Origin: Octopus sinensis
Lineage: Eukaryota
Length of the DNA stretch: 64,000 nt
Assembly: GCF_006345805.1 (NCBI RefSeq)
Contig: NC_042997.1
Coordinates: 149,792,001-149,856,000, forward strand
Direction of reading: 5' to 3'
Positions 39,111 through 49,945 of this stretch are shown one piece after another. Under the pieces are notes generated by a model. That model did no database searches. It was not told where the DNA came from and worked only from the letters and a program-made list of their open reading frames with translations. The translations under genes were made by a program, and so were the position numbers. Each line of letters starts with the position of its first letter. The first letter of the stretch is position 1.

Positions 39111-41433
39111 TAATCTTCCTCTAATAAAGGCTCACTATCATGTGGGTGTAAATAACTTGTTCTCTTTTTAATGGAGAGGTTAAATTTATGTTCTAAAAAT
39201 GTATAATTCGTATTTCAAATTACTGCACACGTGTATGCGAGAGTATCTCTGAAAAGAGAAAGATTAATTGAACACGATACACTCAAATACTGGTTTGCTA
39301 AAATTAAGAAGAGGGGGAAAATACTCAGTAAATGATGTAGATTATATTTATTTACACAGAATTATTTTTCTCGCGGGAACAAAAATTACTTTAAATAAGC
39401 TATATAAATATATGCATATGTGAGTAATTGTAAGTGTGCGAACATTTTCTGTTTTCTTGGTTGTAAGGAGATGGTGAATAAAGAAGGTGGGTTTCCAAGA
39501 CCAGTGTTTTTTTTTTTGTTTCTTTTTTTACGTGCGTGTATGTATGGCCCGGCATGTGTGTAGGTGTAGGTGTATGTGTGCGTGTGTGCAAAACCTATTG
39601 TAAGCGTTATTGTAGGCCTCATGTCAAAAGTTTACTTTGGATCTATTTACTTACAAAAATACATAGGAGATTAAATTGCAACACGTTGTGAAAACATTGG
39701 CAACTTACAGCATACAGTAGGGAAACCAAACATCAACAGAACAGCAACATCTTTATGCTTGAAGTAACATGCCTGAAGGAATTGATTGTGAAACGTTAAG
39801 GTTTCAAATTACGTCTTTTCTAATTGTTTATTGTAAAAAGCGCTTAAATGGTGTCTAAGCGAATAATGAATGTTGTGAAAATCGTAAAGCGGATAATAGC
39901 CTTACAAACAGTCAAAGAACGCTAATCTGTATAAGTAGGCATGCATGTTTCTAGTAGACGCGAATGGTTAAGAAATATTTTCACAATCACGACGAGCCGG
40001 TTTCGATAATGTATCGTTGAATTGATGTGTTAGTAATACTCTCGAAATACACTCCTACGTGTGTGTATCTATTCACTTAAAGAACCTCAGATGGAAAACC
40101 TTTGGAATGTCTTACTTGTCTTCACTGTGCCACTAATAGATCGCATTTAGAGAATCCGCTTCAGTTTCTTTTGCTCATTCTTCGCAAAGTATTTCTTGGC
40201 TTTTGCTTAAATTTGTTGTTACGTAACATAATGCACCTATGATGATAGATACAAATAAGAATTCATATACAAGGTACAAGAGCTATAAGCTCCGTATCAA
40301 CTCACCGTAAATATTCTTTTCTCTGGACTTTTGATTGCACATTCACATTCATTGAACCACTGACTTCTACAACAGTGCATGACTATTCTTCCATGCACAG
40401 AGAATAATATCAGGTATTTTATGTTTGCACCTAATTGATGTTTGTATTAGAATGTTATCCCCGTATTCCTTGTTTTTAAAGGTGTGAATACATGCTGGTT
40501 TTGACATGCCTTTGATGTATACGTCCGGTCAATCATTCCTTCGGATATCATTGTAAATAGTCTCCTCCGAGGAAGGTAGTATCACGTAGACATTTTAGAG
40601 CTGCTGCTGATGTTGTATGTGATATCTTTCGCATTGATATAGCTGAGCCGACATTTTTTAATTACAATATCGAGTTTTGGTGAAATCTTTATCCCTCAGA
40701 TATTAAGTAACTATCTCCTGTCCTTGGAGAGAGAATGCCTATCCTTTTAGGCAGTATGTAATATATTTATCAATCACAAGTCCAGGAGAGGCTACTCTTC
40801 CTGTCAATGTTGTTGTTGTTTTCTAGCGTACAGGATGTGAACTTATGCATTGCCTTTTGCTGGTATGTTGATTGCTTCACCTCCAAGTTTCTGTTTAAGC
40901 AAGCCAGTCCAATCTCCTTTGCGTCATAGGAGACAGTTGTATTGTCGGAGTACCTCCAAAATATTTCTTCTCCAACTCTGAAAATGCTTTTCGTCTCACA
41001 TTTGATTTTGAATAGAATGCACATTTCTTCCTTTACTGTTCGGCATGTATATTCTAAGTGATACAATGCGATATTCAAAGGTTGTTTGGACTGACTCTAC
41101 TGCCGTCGCTGCCTCTCACATAAATCCTATCGATGTCGCTGTTTATGTGGAAATGACCAGTGGTGGTCTGTACCTTTCTGATTTTGAGATCCAGGCTGTG
41201 TATCTCATCGAGTACCCAGCACAACATCCCAAATGATGGTACTCACACTGGAAATACAAAAGCATTGTGAGATATGGTCTTGTTAAATGCAGACAGCTCT
41301 GATTTCTATATTTTCTGGAGTCTACTGCAGAACTCTTATAGTATGTGTGTATGTATGCATGTAAGCGTGTATGCATGTATGTATGCATGCATGTATGCAT
41401 GTATGTACGCATGCATATACGTATGTATTTAAA

Positions 41434-42169
41434 TAGAGGTGGTATCAAAACATTCCCAGACTAGTTCTGTAGCGCACCAAGAGATGGCAGCATACAACGG
41501 CATGCACAATGAGAGCTAACTGTGACATTCTTGAGGTAGTGTGCCAAGTGATATCGCTCTGTTTACTGCGCAACTTGTAAAATTTCTGCTTTTCTAACCA
41601 CGTGTAGGCTATAGTCTACGATTTTGTTATGGATAAGAAGTTGGAACAAAGAATCAACATGAAATTTGGCGTTAAATATAGAATGTCTTCTACAGACACA
41701 CTGAGCGTGCTTGAGCAAGCTTAGAGCGATGAAGTAGTGAGTCGTACGAAATGTTTTGAGAGACACGGGCGTTTCAAAAATTGAAAGAAGATCCTTGGAA
41801 GACGATGAGCGATCTGAAATAATTGCCATGAGCGTCAACATACATACATACATACTTTTCTCGCTGGATTAAGTGTTCGTTTATCTTTTTGTGTTCTGCA
41901 ATTTTATTTTTGAATCTTCTATGTATATGAAAAATTTTCCCCGTCTGGTTGTTTTTCTCTCTGCAAAACGAAGAGTTGCATTATGGAACTGTCATTTTAA
42001 CAAGATTTTTTTCATTTATTTATCAACCGACGAGATATGTCCGCCCCGCCGGTTGATCCTGTACCAGCTTTTGTGTGTCCCACAAGAGGAGTTGATGATT
42101 GGTGTGTCGGAACAATTGCTGCGACTAATAATATATTCTCGTATATTCCGTATTCTGTCTTGTATTTGC

Positions 42170-42203
<34 letters not shown>

Positions 42204-42821
42204 CATACATACATACATACATACATACATACATACATACATACATACATACGTATATGCATAAATACATGCATACATACTATAAGATTACTGCAGTAAA
42301 CTCCAGAAAGTATAGAAATATGGTAGTGTGTATGGAGAATTCGCCCTCACCCCTAATCCATCACCGCAGAAGCCAGAAGGTTGATCGAGAGTTCAACTGC
42401 GACGTTTAGAAGTGTTTGAGGGATGATTTTCGATAAAAGCGACCCGATCTGTTGAGCGCGAAGAATTTGGATTTTTAACCGATCTTTCCTCACGCGTAAA
42501 TTTCTCGCGAAAAGCAACATGATATCGCAACCACACCCGCCCTATTTGCCAGATTTAGGACTTATGGAATTCTGTCTTTTCCTTAAGAGAAAATACATCT
42601 CAATGGTTACCGTTTTAACACCATTTTTGAGATCCAGAACGCAGAAGGTCCTCGACTTGCTTACGGAAAACGACTTCCAGCCTAGATTCCAAAAGTGGCA
42701 GGGGCGCTGGGTCCGGAGTATTGCTTCGCAAGGTGACTATTTCGATGATGTTAAAATATAGGTAAATAAATTATATTTATTAAAAATAACTAATCTGGGA
42801 AGCTTTTACTACCACCTTATA
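41434..42821 (+). mobile_element. Mariner remnant with both TIRs, central deletion and a nested insert
   Basis: Left TA-GAGGTGGTATCAAAACATTCCCAGACT versus right (reverse complement) TA-TAAGGTGGTAGTAAAAGCTTCCCAGATT. N-terminal MDKKLEQRINMKFGVK...SRTKCFE; C-terminal HPPYLPDLGLMEFCLF...FQKWQGRWVRSIASQGDYFD. Confidence 0.88.
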
Positions 42822-42844
42822 TACACGTTTTTTTATGTGTTTGA

Positions 42845-43105
42845 GCTTACGATCGTGAGGTTGTGAGCTCGAATCCCGGACCGGGCTGCGTGTTGTGTTC
42901 TCGAGCAAGGCACTTTATTTCACGTTGCTCCAGTTCACTCAGCTGTAGAAACGAGTTGCAACGTCACAGGTGCCAAGCTGTATCGACCTTTGTCTTTCCC
43001 TTGGATAACACTGGTGGCGTGGACTTGCCCGGACTTGTGTCTAGGAGGGTAACTTTCTAGGTGCAATCCCATGGTCATTCATGACCGAAGGGGGTCTTTA
43101 CCCCC
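42845..43105 (+). mobile_element. tRNA-derived SINE, 5'-clipped
   Basis: B-box-like GCTCGAATCCC, TTGTGTTCTCGAGCAAGGCACTTTATTTCACGTTGCTCCAG, and a 3' segment GGTCATTCATGACCGAAGGGGGTCTTTACCCC. Confidence 0.75.
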
Positions 43106-44087
43106 TTTCAGAAGAGGTGGGAGCAAATATCAATATAGAAGTTTACATGCGCTTTTACAGATATTTGTATATTTGTATAGGGCAATGACATAACCGAGTG
43201 TTTAAGAAAATGGATTCGAAATCATGATATCTCGAGTTGACCCATGTTATGAGATTAAAATTGGGTAACACTGCTACTCTGTGAGAACACACAGATGAAC
43301 TCGACCTAAAACTTAAACTGCCAGAGGAATCTGACATAGATTCTGAGTTTCAATTTATGGACACCTGACCCTAGGAATACAAAAATATATGCGCTATGAG
43401 TACAATGAAAAATAGTTATAGTCCCTTCTGCTGATCAGTTTTCAAGCGAACAGCTTCAGTATTTAGTTTAACTAATTTTATTAGCAAGTATGCATGTGTT
43501 GATACTGAGAACATTTTTAAGTGATGTAATGTTTTATTTAATTTCATTCCAATTTCTGCATTAGAATGTTGTTACCGTCTTTCTTCGCTATGTTACTGAA
43601 CTTTTTTCCGTTCTGAAGCAAACGCCTCTAACTCAAAAACACACACGCTTTCAAGCGAAAACGTATACAAACGCACATACACAAACACATGCTTTAACAC
43701 GTACACGCTTTCACAAGTGCGCGCACACACACACACACATACACAAACACAAAAACAAAACAAGCACTCACAAACATACAAACACGCAAACACACACACA
43801 AAAACACGATTTCACCAATGCACGCATTCACATACAAAGATTAACAGAAACTAAGAAATATATATACATATGAACATTGGAATGAGCGTGTGTATATATG
43901 AATATGTGTCTGTATGTGTATTTGTGTATATGGCCACAAAAATACATATAAGTTTATACATATATATACATACATATATGTATGTGTGTCTGCGTGTACG
44001 TGTATATAAATATGATTACACATTTGTATATGCGCATATGTTTGTATATGTATATATCCATCTATCTATAGTTCTCTCTCTCTCTTG

Positions 44088-44142
<55 letters not shown>

Positions 44143-44904
44143 CGTGTGTATTTATTCACATAAATATAATTGCATACTCACAATCTCAAACATATGCACA
44201 CAAACACACGCACACACGCACACACACACACACACACACAAGCACGGAAATATGATCATAGACTTACACGATCAAAATAAGCTAAGTGGTTTTAAGAGCC
44301 ATTTAAAATTGCTGAAACGAAATCTCCACACATACACGCGCACAAACATTACACATACACACACACACACGCGCACACACACACACACACACACGCTTGG
44401 AGACATGCATCCTGTTTACTCTGTCTGTTTCCACACTCTCTTTATCTACTCTCTGTCTGTTGGATTCTTATTACAATATCCTCTACTCCTCTAATCTCGC
44501 TACTTTCTGACCCTCGCGGCTCAGAATTTCATGTACTCTCCTCAGCTCTGCTAAATTTCAATCCGCAGATCTTGCATTAAACGCTACTCTAACGATGTAG
44601 GATGTTCTAAGTCTTCTGCTCTATTCTGCAGCATTCTTTAATATCAAAAATTATTTACGCTAAACCTTCGCTATCAAAGTATAAATGTGACTTTTTGTTA
44701 GCTTGCATTTGCTAATGTGCGCTATTACTCTTTCTGCGTTTGCTTGTAACAAGTGCTTGTTGCAAGTCCATTAGTAAAATCCTTGTAGTGAATCATTAGA
44801 TATTTTATGTAGTCATATACTGTTGGTATACAAGACTGATACATGACTGTATAGTAATAATTACGGACATTCACACGCGCATACAAGTTCCCATATTTTC
44901 TACG

Positions 44905-45035
44905 AGGGTGTGTGTGCTAAGAAGTTTGCTTCCTAACCACATGCGTGATACCTTGGGCATGTACCATATACAATAGCATCTGGCCGACTTGAAAGTAGAT
45001 TTGGTTCACAGAAACTGAAAGAAGCCCATCGTCGG
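44905..45035 (+). mobile_element. Degenerate SINE fragment (family of 53822-54271)
   Basis: AGAAGTTTGCTTCCTAACCACATG...GATTTGGT...GAAACTGAAAGAAGCCCATCGT. Confidence 0.6.
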
Positions 45036-45633
45036 TAACTACACATGTGCTGTTGGCGATTTCTTTTCCTTCTTTGGACTTTTTCTTCCTTCTTTCCGGC
45101 GAAGAGTTATGCTTGAAATATCACACTCACTCTTCACCGAGCGTCAAGGTTGTACATTCCTTGTGCACGTCCTATTTTTTTCGTACGTTCATTTTATTTT
45201 TCGTCTATTTGAATTGACTATATATATATATATGTATATATAGTCATTTTAAATAAAACCCTTGATTCAACACTGGATACAAACTCTATACTTGGAATGA
45301 ACAATTTTAGATATATCGTATTTTATCTAAATTAACTATTGCTTAACCATATTCTCACACCGTCTCCAATGAAGGGATATAATAAATATCCTGGAAACAG
45401 TTCTAAGACCAGACCTTCTATTTATAAATGTTCTAATATCTTCCCAGTCTTGTATTTTTTTAATTTCATTCTGGAAGAAAAATTTATATATATATACTCA
45501 AGCTGATATATGAAGCACGTTGGACTCCTTATTCGCATAATCACTGAATTTAAAGCTTAACTATGGTCTATCCATAGCACTTACTCAGCATTACCTGACA
45601 CCTTTAGGTATTACTGACACCACTACCTCTCAT

Positions 45634-45772
<139 letters not shown>

Positions 45773-45777
45773 AACAC

Positions 45778-45990
45778 TTTGTTTGTTTTTGTTCCCCATT
45801 CCCGCTTGACTGTGTTAGTATGTTTACGTCACCGTAACTTACTAGTGTAACAAAAATGCCGATAAAATAAGAACTCAGTTTAACAAATAGAGTACAGGGT
45901 CGATGTATTCGACTAGAAACCTCTTCAAGGCAGTGCCCCAGCATGACCGAAGTCTAATGACTGGAAGAAGTAAAACGAAAAAAAGATTAT
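45778..45990 (+). mobile_element. SINE 3' half (family of 53822-54271)
   Basis: CCGCTTGAC...GTTTACGTCACCGTAACTTA...TTCAAGGCAGTGCCCCAGCATGACCG...AATGACTG. Confidence 0.7.
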
Positions 45991-46361
45991 TGTCTATATT
46001 AGCTAATGTGGCTGAACTGCTTAAAATAGCTGAAATTTGAGGGAGATATCGTTGTTGCTTCTAGCATGTCTGTAGTCGCACTGTAGTATTTAGAGTGGAC
46101 ATGTTTGACTGTTTAGAATTTATTCAGTTTGGAATTATTTGACAGGAGACGTCTGTAACGCAGGCTTGTCTACCTCATGACCTGACGTAGACAGAGAGTC
46201 TGTTTCAAGTATGACATTTTTTACACCGAAATTTTATTGAGTGAACAATCATTTTCTGCATGGCTTCCTCTACTGGAAAAGCAGGAGGCCTTAGTCATAG
46301 GAAGCGCATTAAGTACTAAATGAACACATTCGTAAGCAAACAGTCATTAAATTTCAAATAT

Positions 46362-46610
46362 AGGCGCACGCGTGTCGGGACCAATTAGTGAAAACCAATT
46401 GGTTCCGGGTTTAGTCTCACTGCGTAGTACCCTGGGAGAGTGTCTTCTGCCATAACCTACTTAAGTTTGTATATGTTTGTGTGAGTGTGTGTTTGTCTTT
46501 GTGCCTGTGTTCGTCCAGCAACACCGCTTGAGAATTGGTGTCGGTATGTTTACGCCACCGTAACTTAACTCTTCGGCGTAACAGACGATAGAACAAGTAT
46601 CATGAAAATT
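46362..46610 (+). mobile_element. Degenerate SINE (family of 53822-54271)
   Basis: GGTTCCGGGTTTAGTCTCACTGCGTAGTACCCTGGG...CACCGCTTGAGAATTGGTGTCGGTATGTTTACGCCACCGTAACTTA. Confidence 0.6.
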
Positions 46611-46684
46611 AAAAAAATATATACATACAAAAATATAATACATACAAAAGCAACATTTTTTCAGGGACACCTAAAATACTATTG

Positions 46685-46773
46685 TGGGTCCATAATTTAC
46701 TATTTTGTTGCGTGGACCCTTAAAAACTTATACGGCACCTTAGCGCCCATATGGACCCAGGTTGGGAACCACT
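46685..46773. mobile_element. Possible hAT-type MITE terminus
   Basis: GGACCCAGGTTGGGAACCACT resembles a hAT-type end (CAGTGGTTCCCAACCT, from memory). GGGTCC/GGACCC motifs recur nearby. The partner TIR was not found. Confidence 0.35.
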
Positions 46774-47309
46774 TGGCCTGTCGTACTTTACACTGTGAAG
46801 AGAGAAGAGGGGCGAAATTAAAAGATATAGAAACAATTGCATAAGAAGTACAGAAAGAATGGAGTTAAAGAATCATGGAGACTGGACAGTCCTAGGGTCC
46901 ACTTGTTTGACAAAAACCCTTCAAGGCAGTGCTACAGCATGACTGCGGTCATGTGAGGGAAAAAAGCACCCAAATATTTGATGAAAATTAAATTATAATA
47001 TTGTGTATGCTTATATTTTCTGGTATTACTTACCAAGGGCGGCAAAATTATACTTCCAAAATTACCTGTGTTATCACAATTTACTATATTAACAATCCTT
47101 TTTACAAGACCAGAATTTTTAAAGGGATGGCGCAAGGCAATTATATCGATTCAAGTGTTCAACTGGTTCTTATTTTATCGAGCTTGAAAGGAAGAAAGAC
47201 CAAGTCGAACTAAGAAGAATTTAAATTCAGAAAGAAATGCTGCTACTATGCAGGCGTACTAAGGATTCTTTCGAGATCGCCATCTTATCCTGCCGCGCAA
47301 AAAATCATT

Positions 47310-47660
47310 TCTGTTATAGGCACAAGGTCCGTAGCTTTGGGGGAGGAGGATAGTCGATTACATCGACCCCAAAATTTCACTGGTACTTAATTTATCGACC
47401 CCAAAATTAAACTTAATTTATCGACCTCGGCGAAATTAGAACACAGAACGTAGTGACGGGCGAAATACTGCTAAGCATTTCTTCCAGCATGCTAACGACT
47501 CTGCCTGCTCGCCGTCTCTGCCATACAAGTAATCTTTTCTACTCTGGGCACAAGGCCTAAAATTTTGGGGGAGGGGGCCAATCGATTAGATCGACCTCAG
47601 TACGCAACTGGGACTTAATTTATCAAACCCAAAAGGATGAAAGGCAAGATCGACCTGGGT
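47310..47660 (-). mobile_element. Two adjacent SINE family A copies
   Basis: Two AGGCACAAGG/GGGCACAAGG...GGGGA.G...TCGAT...TTAATTTATC...GACCTCGGCG segments. Confidence 0.75.
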
Positions 47661-49489
47661 CAACAGGATTAGTGATGTTTATTATCTTACTATTTTATAC
47701 TTAATTCTATCTTCTGTATTAATATTATACGTTCATAATTATCTAAATCTTTTATTTTTGTGTAATGTACTCTGTAGAGTTTCTTGATCCATAAGATTTG
47801 CGTGAGAGTATTTCATTTAATTATTTCTCCAGTCTATGGTATGATATTGACGATCTTGTGGAGGTAACTGGCCTAAGAGCTAGAGTGTTTGACTCAGCAT
47901 CATAAAGTTGTGAGTTCAATTTTTGAAGCGAGCTGCGCCTTGTGTCTTTGTTTCTGTTTCCTCGGCTGTAAATGAGTGCCAGCCTGTTATTAGTTCAGCC
48001 TCTCCTCTCTCAGCTGTCACATCCAACATGTTTTCCCCATGTTAAAGTTGAAAAAGCAGAGCTAGTTTCTAAGTCTGATCGTGACCACTTAAGTACCTTA
48101 AGCAATTCGCGAATGCCTGATATATTTTATCAAAACATACTTGCTTGAATGTGACAGTTAGCTGAAAATTATCACTTTTAATTAATTTTCCTTGCTTTAA
48201 GCTTGCTCTCTGAATTTTACTAATTAAAATTTTATATAATTTCTTCTAGTTAATTCATACACTGTCTGAAGATGTGCTGTTTGTTATTTGCCATTCTTTT
48301 AGGATATTTCTCTTCTTAAATAGAACTGCTTCGTTCTTATATATACCACTTTCCTCGATGTATATATTTAATCATGATTTCTTAATGAATTTGTTTAATA
48401 CTGGTGCAAACTTACACATGCTTAATTATGCCAAACTCTGCTTGTTAAGAATTTTGTTTACCAGCAGTGGAAACTTTGCAGTGTCACATATACTTTTCCG
48501 GAATCGGGTTGTCTGTTATTTTCCCCATATATGAATCATAGTTTTATCATTGTATCGAATCCTGTTGGAATCCTAGTTATCAGTCTATTATTCGAGAGAT
48601 TTTAGGCTTTGCTTTTTCTTTCTTTTCTTGTTTTTTTCTTTGCTTTCGTCTTTAGACTCAGATTTAAATGGCTTCACCCTAAGAATACCAAGTTTTATTT
48701 CATAGCACCTCTGAGTTTCTTCTGAGATATTTCATGTTATTATGGTCTTCACGTCCAGTTGCTATGTTTACTGTCTTAAACAATTTTCTCTGTAGTTGAG
48801 TCTTTCGCTAACCATACTTCAATGATATCTCAATTTTCTAAAACCCATGTTATTAATTTCGTTTCTTTTTTTTTTCTTTTAGCACTGATATAGCATATTT
48901 TCTTTAAACATCCATGGGGTTTCTGAGATCTGTTCCTTTTGTTATGTATGTATACCAATGGTTCCCTAATTTTCTTTTGATTTTATTCAAAGAGTTTGAT
49001 TCATGGTGGTTTTGGCCTTACAAATACTCAATTTCCCACCTATCCATGTGTTGATAATTACTTATATTACTATACAATGCCGGCGGCCCTTGTGCCTAGA
49101 GTAGAAAAGAACATACGATGCTGGGGCTTGGTAGAATCGTTACCGCAGCAGAAAAGTGCTTCGCAGCATTCTTCATGTTCTTTATGTTCAAATGCAACCT
49201 ATGTCGAATTTGCGTTTCATCTTTTTTCGGAGATGAAAGCTTGGTCACTGTAATCGACTTTTTCCTCTCCTCAAAATTTCCTGCTGTCTTCTATAATTAT
49301 AAAGAATTATTTAAAGAATATATTTTGTGTCTACTTATATCTTATCACATATGTATTCTTTTAATCGTAGGGTCTTATCGAATAACTATTCCTATTTATA
49401 GTTTACTTAATTCTGGTATCGGTTTGGTGCGAAAATTTTAAAGTTTAATTTAAGAAGCTGTCATTCAAACATGAGCATTTACATCATGT

Positions 49490-49945
49490 GAGCTGGCAGC
49501 AACGTTAGCATGGCGGAAAGAATGCTTAGCGGCACTTCGTCCGTCTTTACGTTCTGAGGTCAAATACTGCATATGTCGACTTTGCCTGTCATCTCTTCGG
49601 GGTCCATAAAAGTAGTAGCAATTGAGTACTGGGGTCGATGTAATTTAATTGCCCCTCCCTCCAAAATTTCAAAACTGTGCCCATATTAGAAAGAATGGTT
49701 ACCTTTATTGTTGTTGTTAATAGTGATAAAGCTGCGAGCTGGTAGAATGATCAGCGCGCCAGGAAAAATGCTTAGCTACTTTTCGTCCGTCTTTGCATTC
49801 TGAGTTCCAATTCTATCAAAATCGGCTTTGCTTTTCATCCTTTCAGGTGTCGGTAAAATAAGTACTAACCGAGTACCACTGCGATCGATGTAACTGACAT
49901 AGCGCCGCCCCCAAAATTGCTGTCCTTATATTAAAGTTTGAAACC
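49490..49945 (+). mobile_element. Two adjacent SINE family A copies
   Basis: GAGCTGG(C/T)AG heads at 49490 and 49736, each followed by the TTCGTCCGTCTTT and GACTTTGC/GGCTTTGC core. Confidence 0.78.

Noticed and set aside
45096-45119. Possible decayed minimal hammerhead (CCGGCGA AGAGTTATGCTT GAAAT), with similar traces at about 52368-52395
   Set aside because: Several core positions must be assumed mutated and helices I and III cannot be placed.
48230-49080. Minus-strand segments vaguely like a PLE or LINE C-terminus (KFPLLVNKILNK...)
   Set aside because: Too degraded; no diagnostic motif could be read with confidence.
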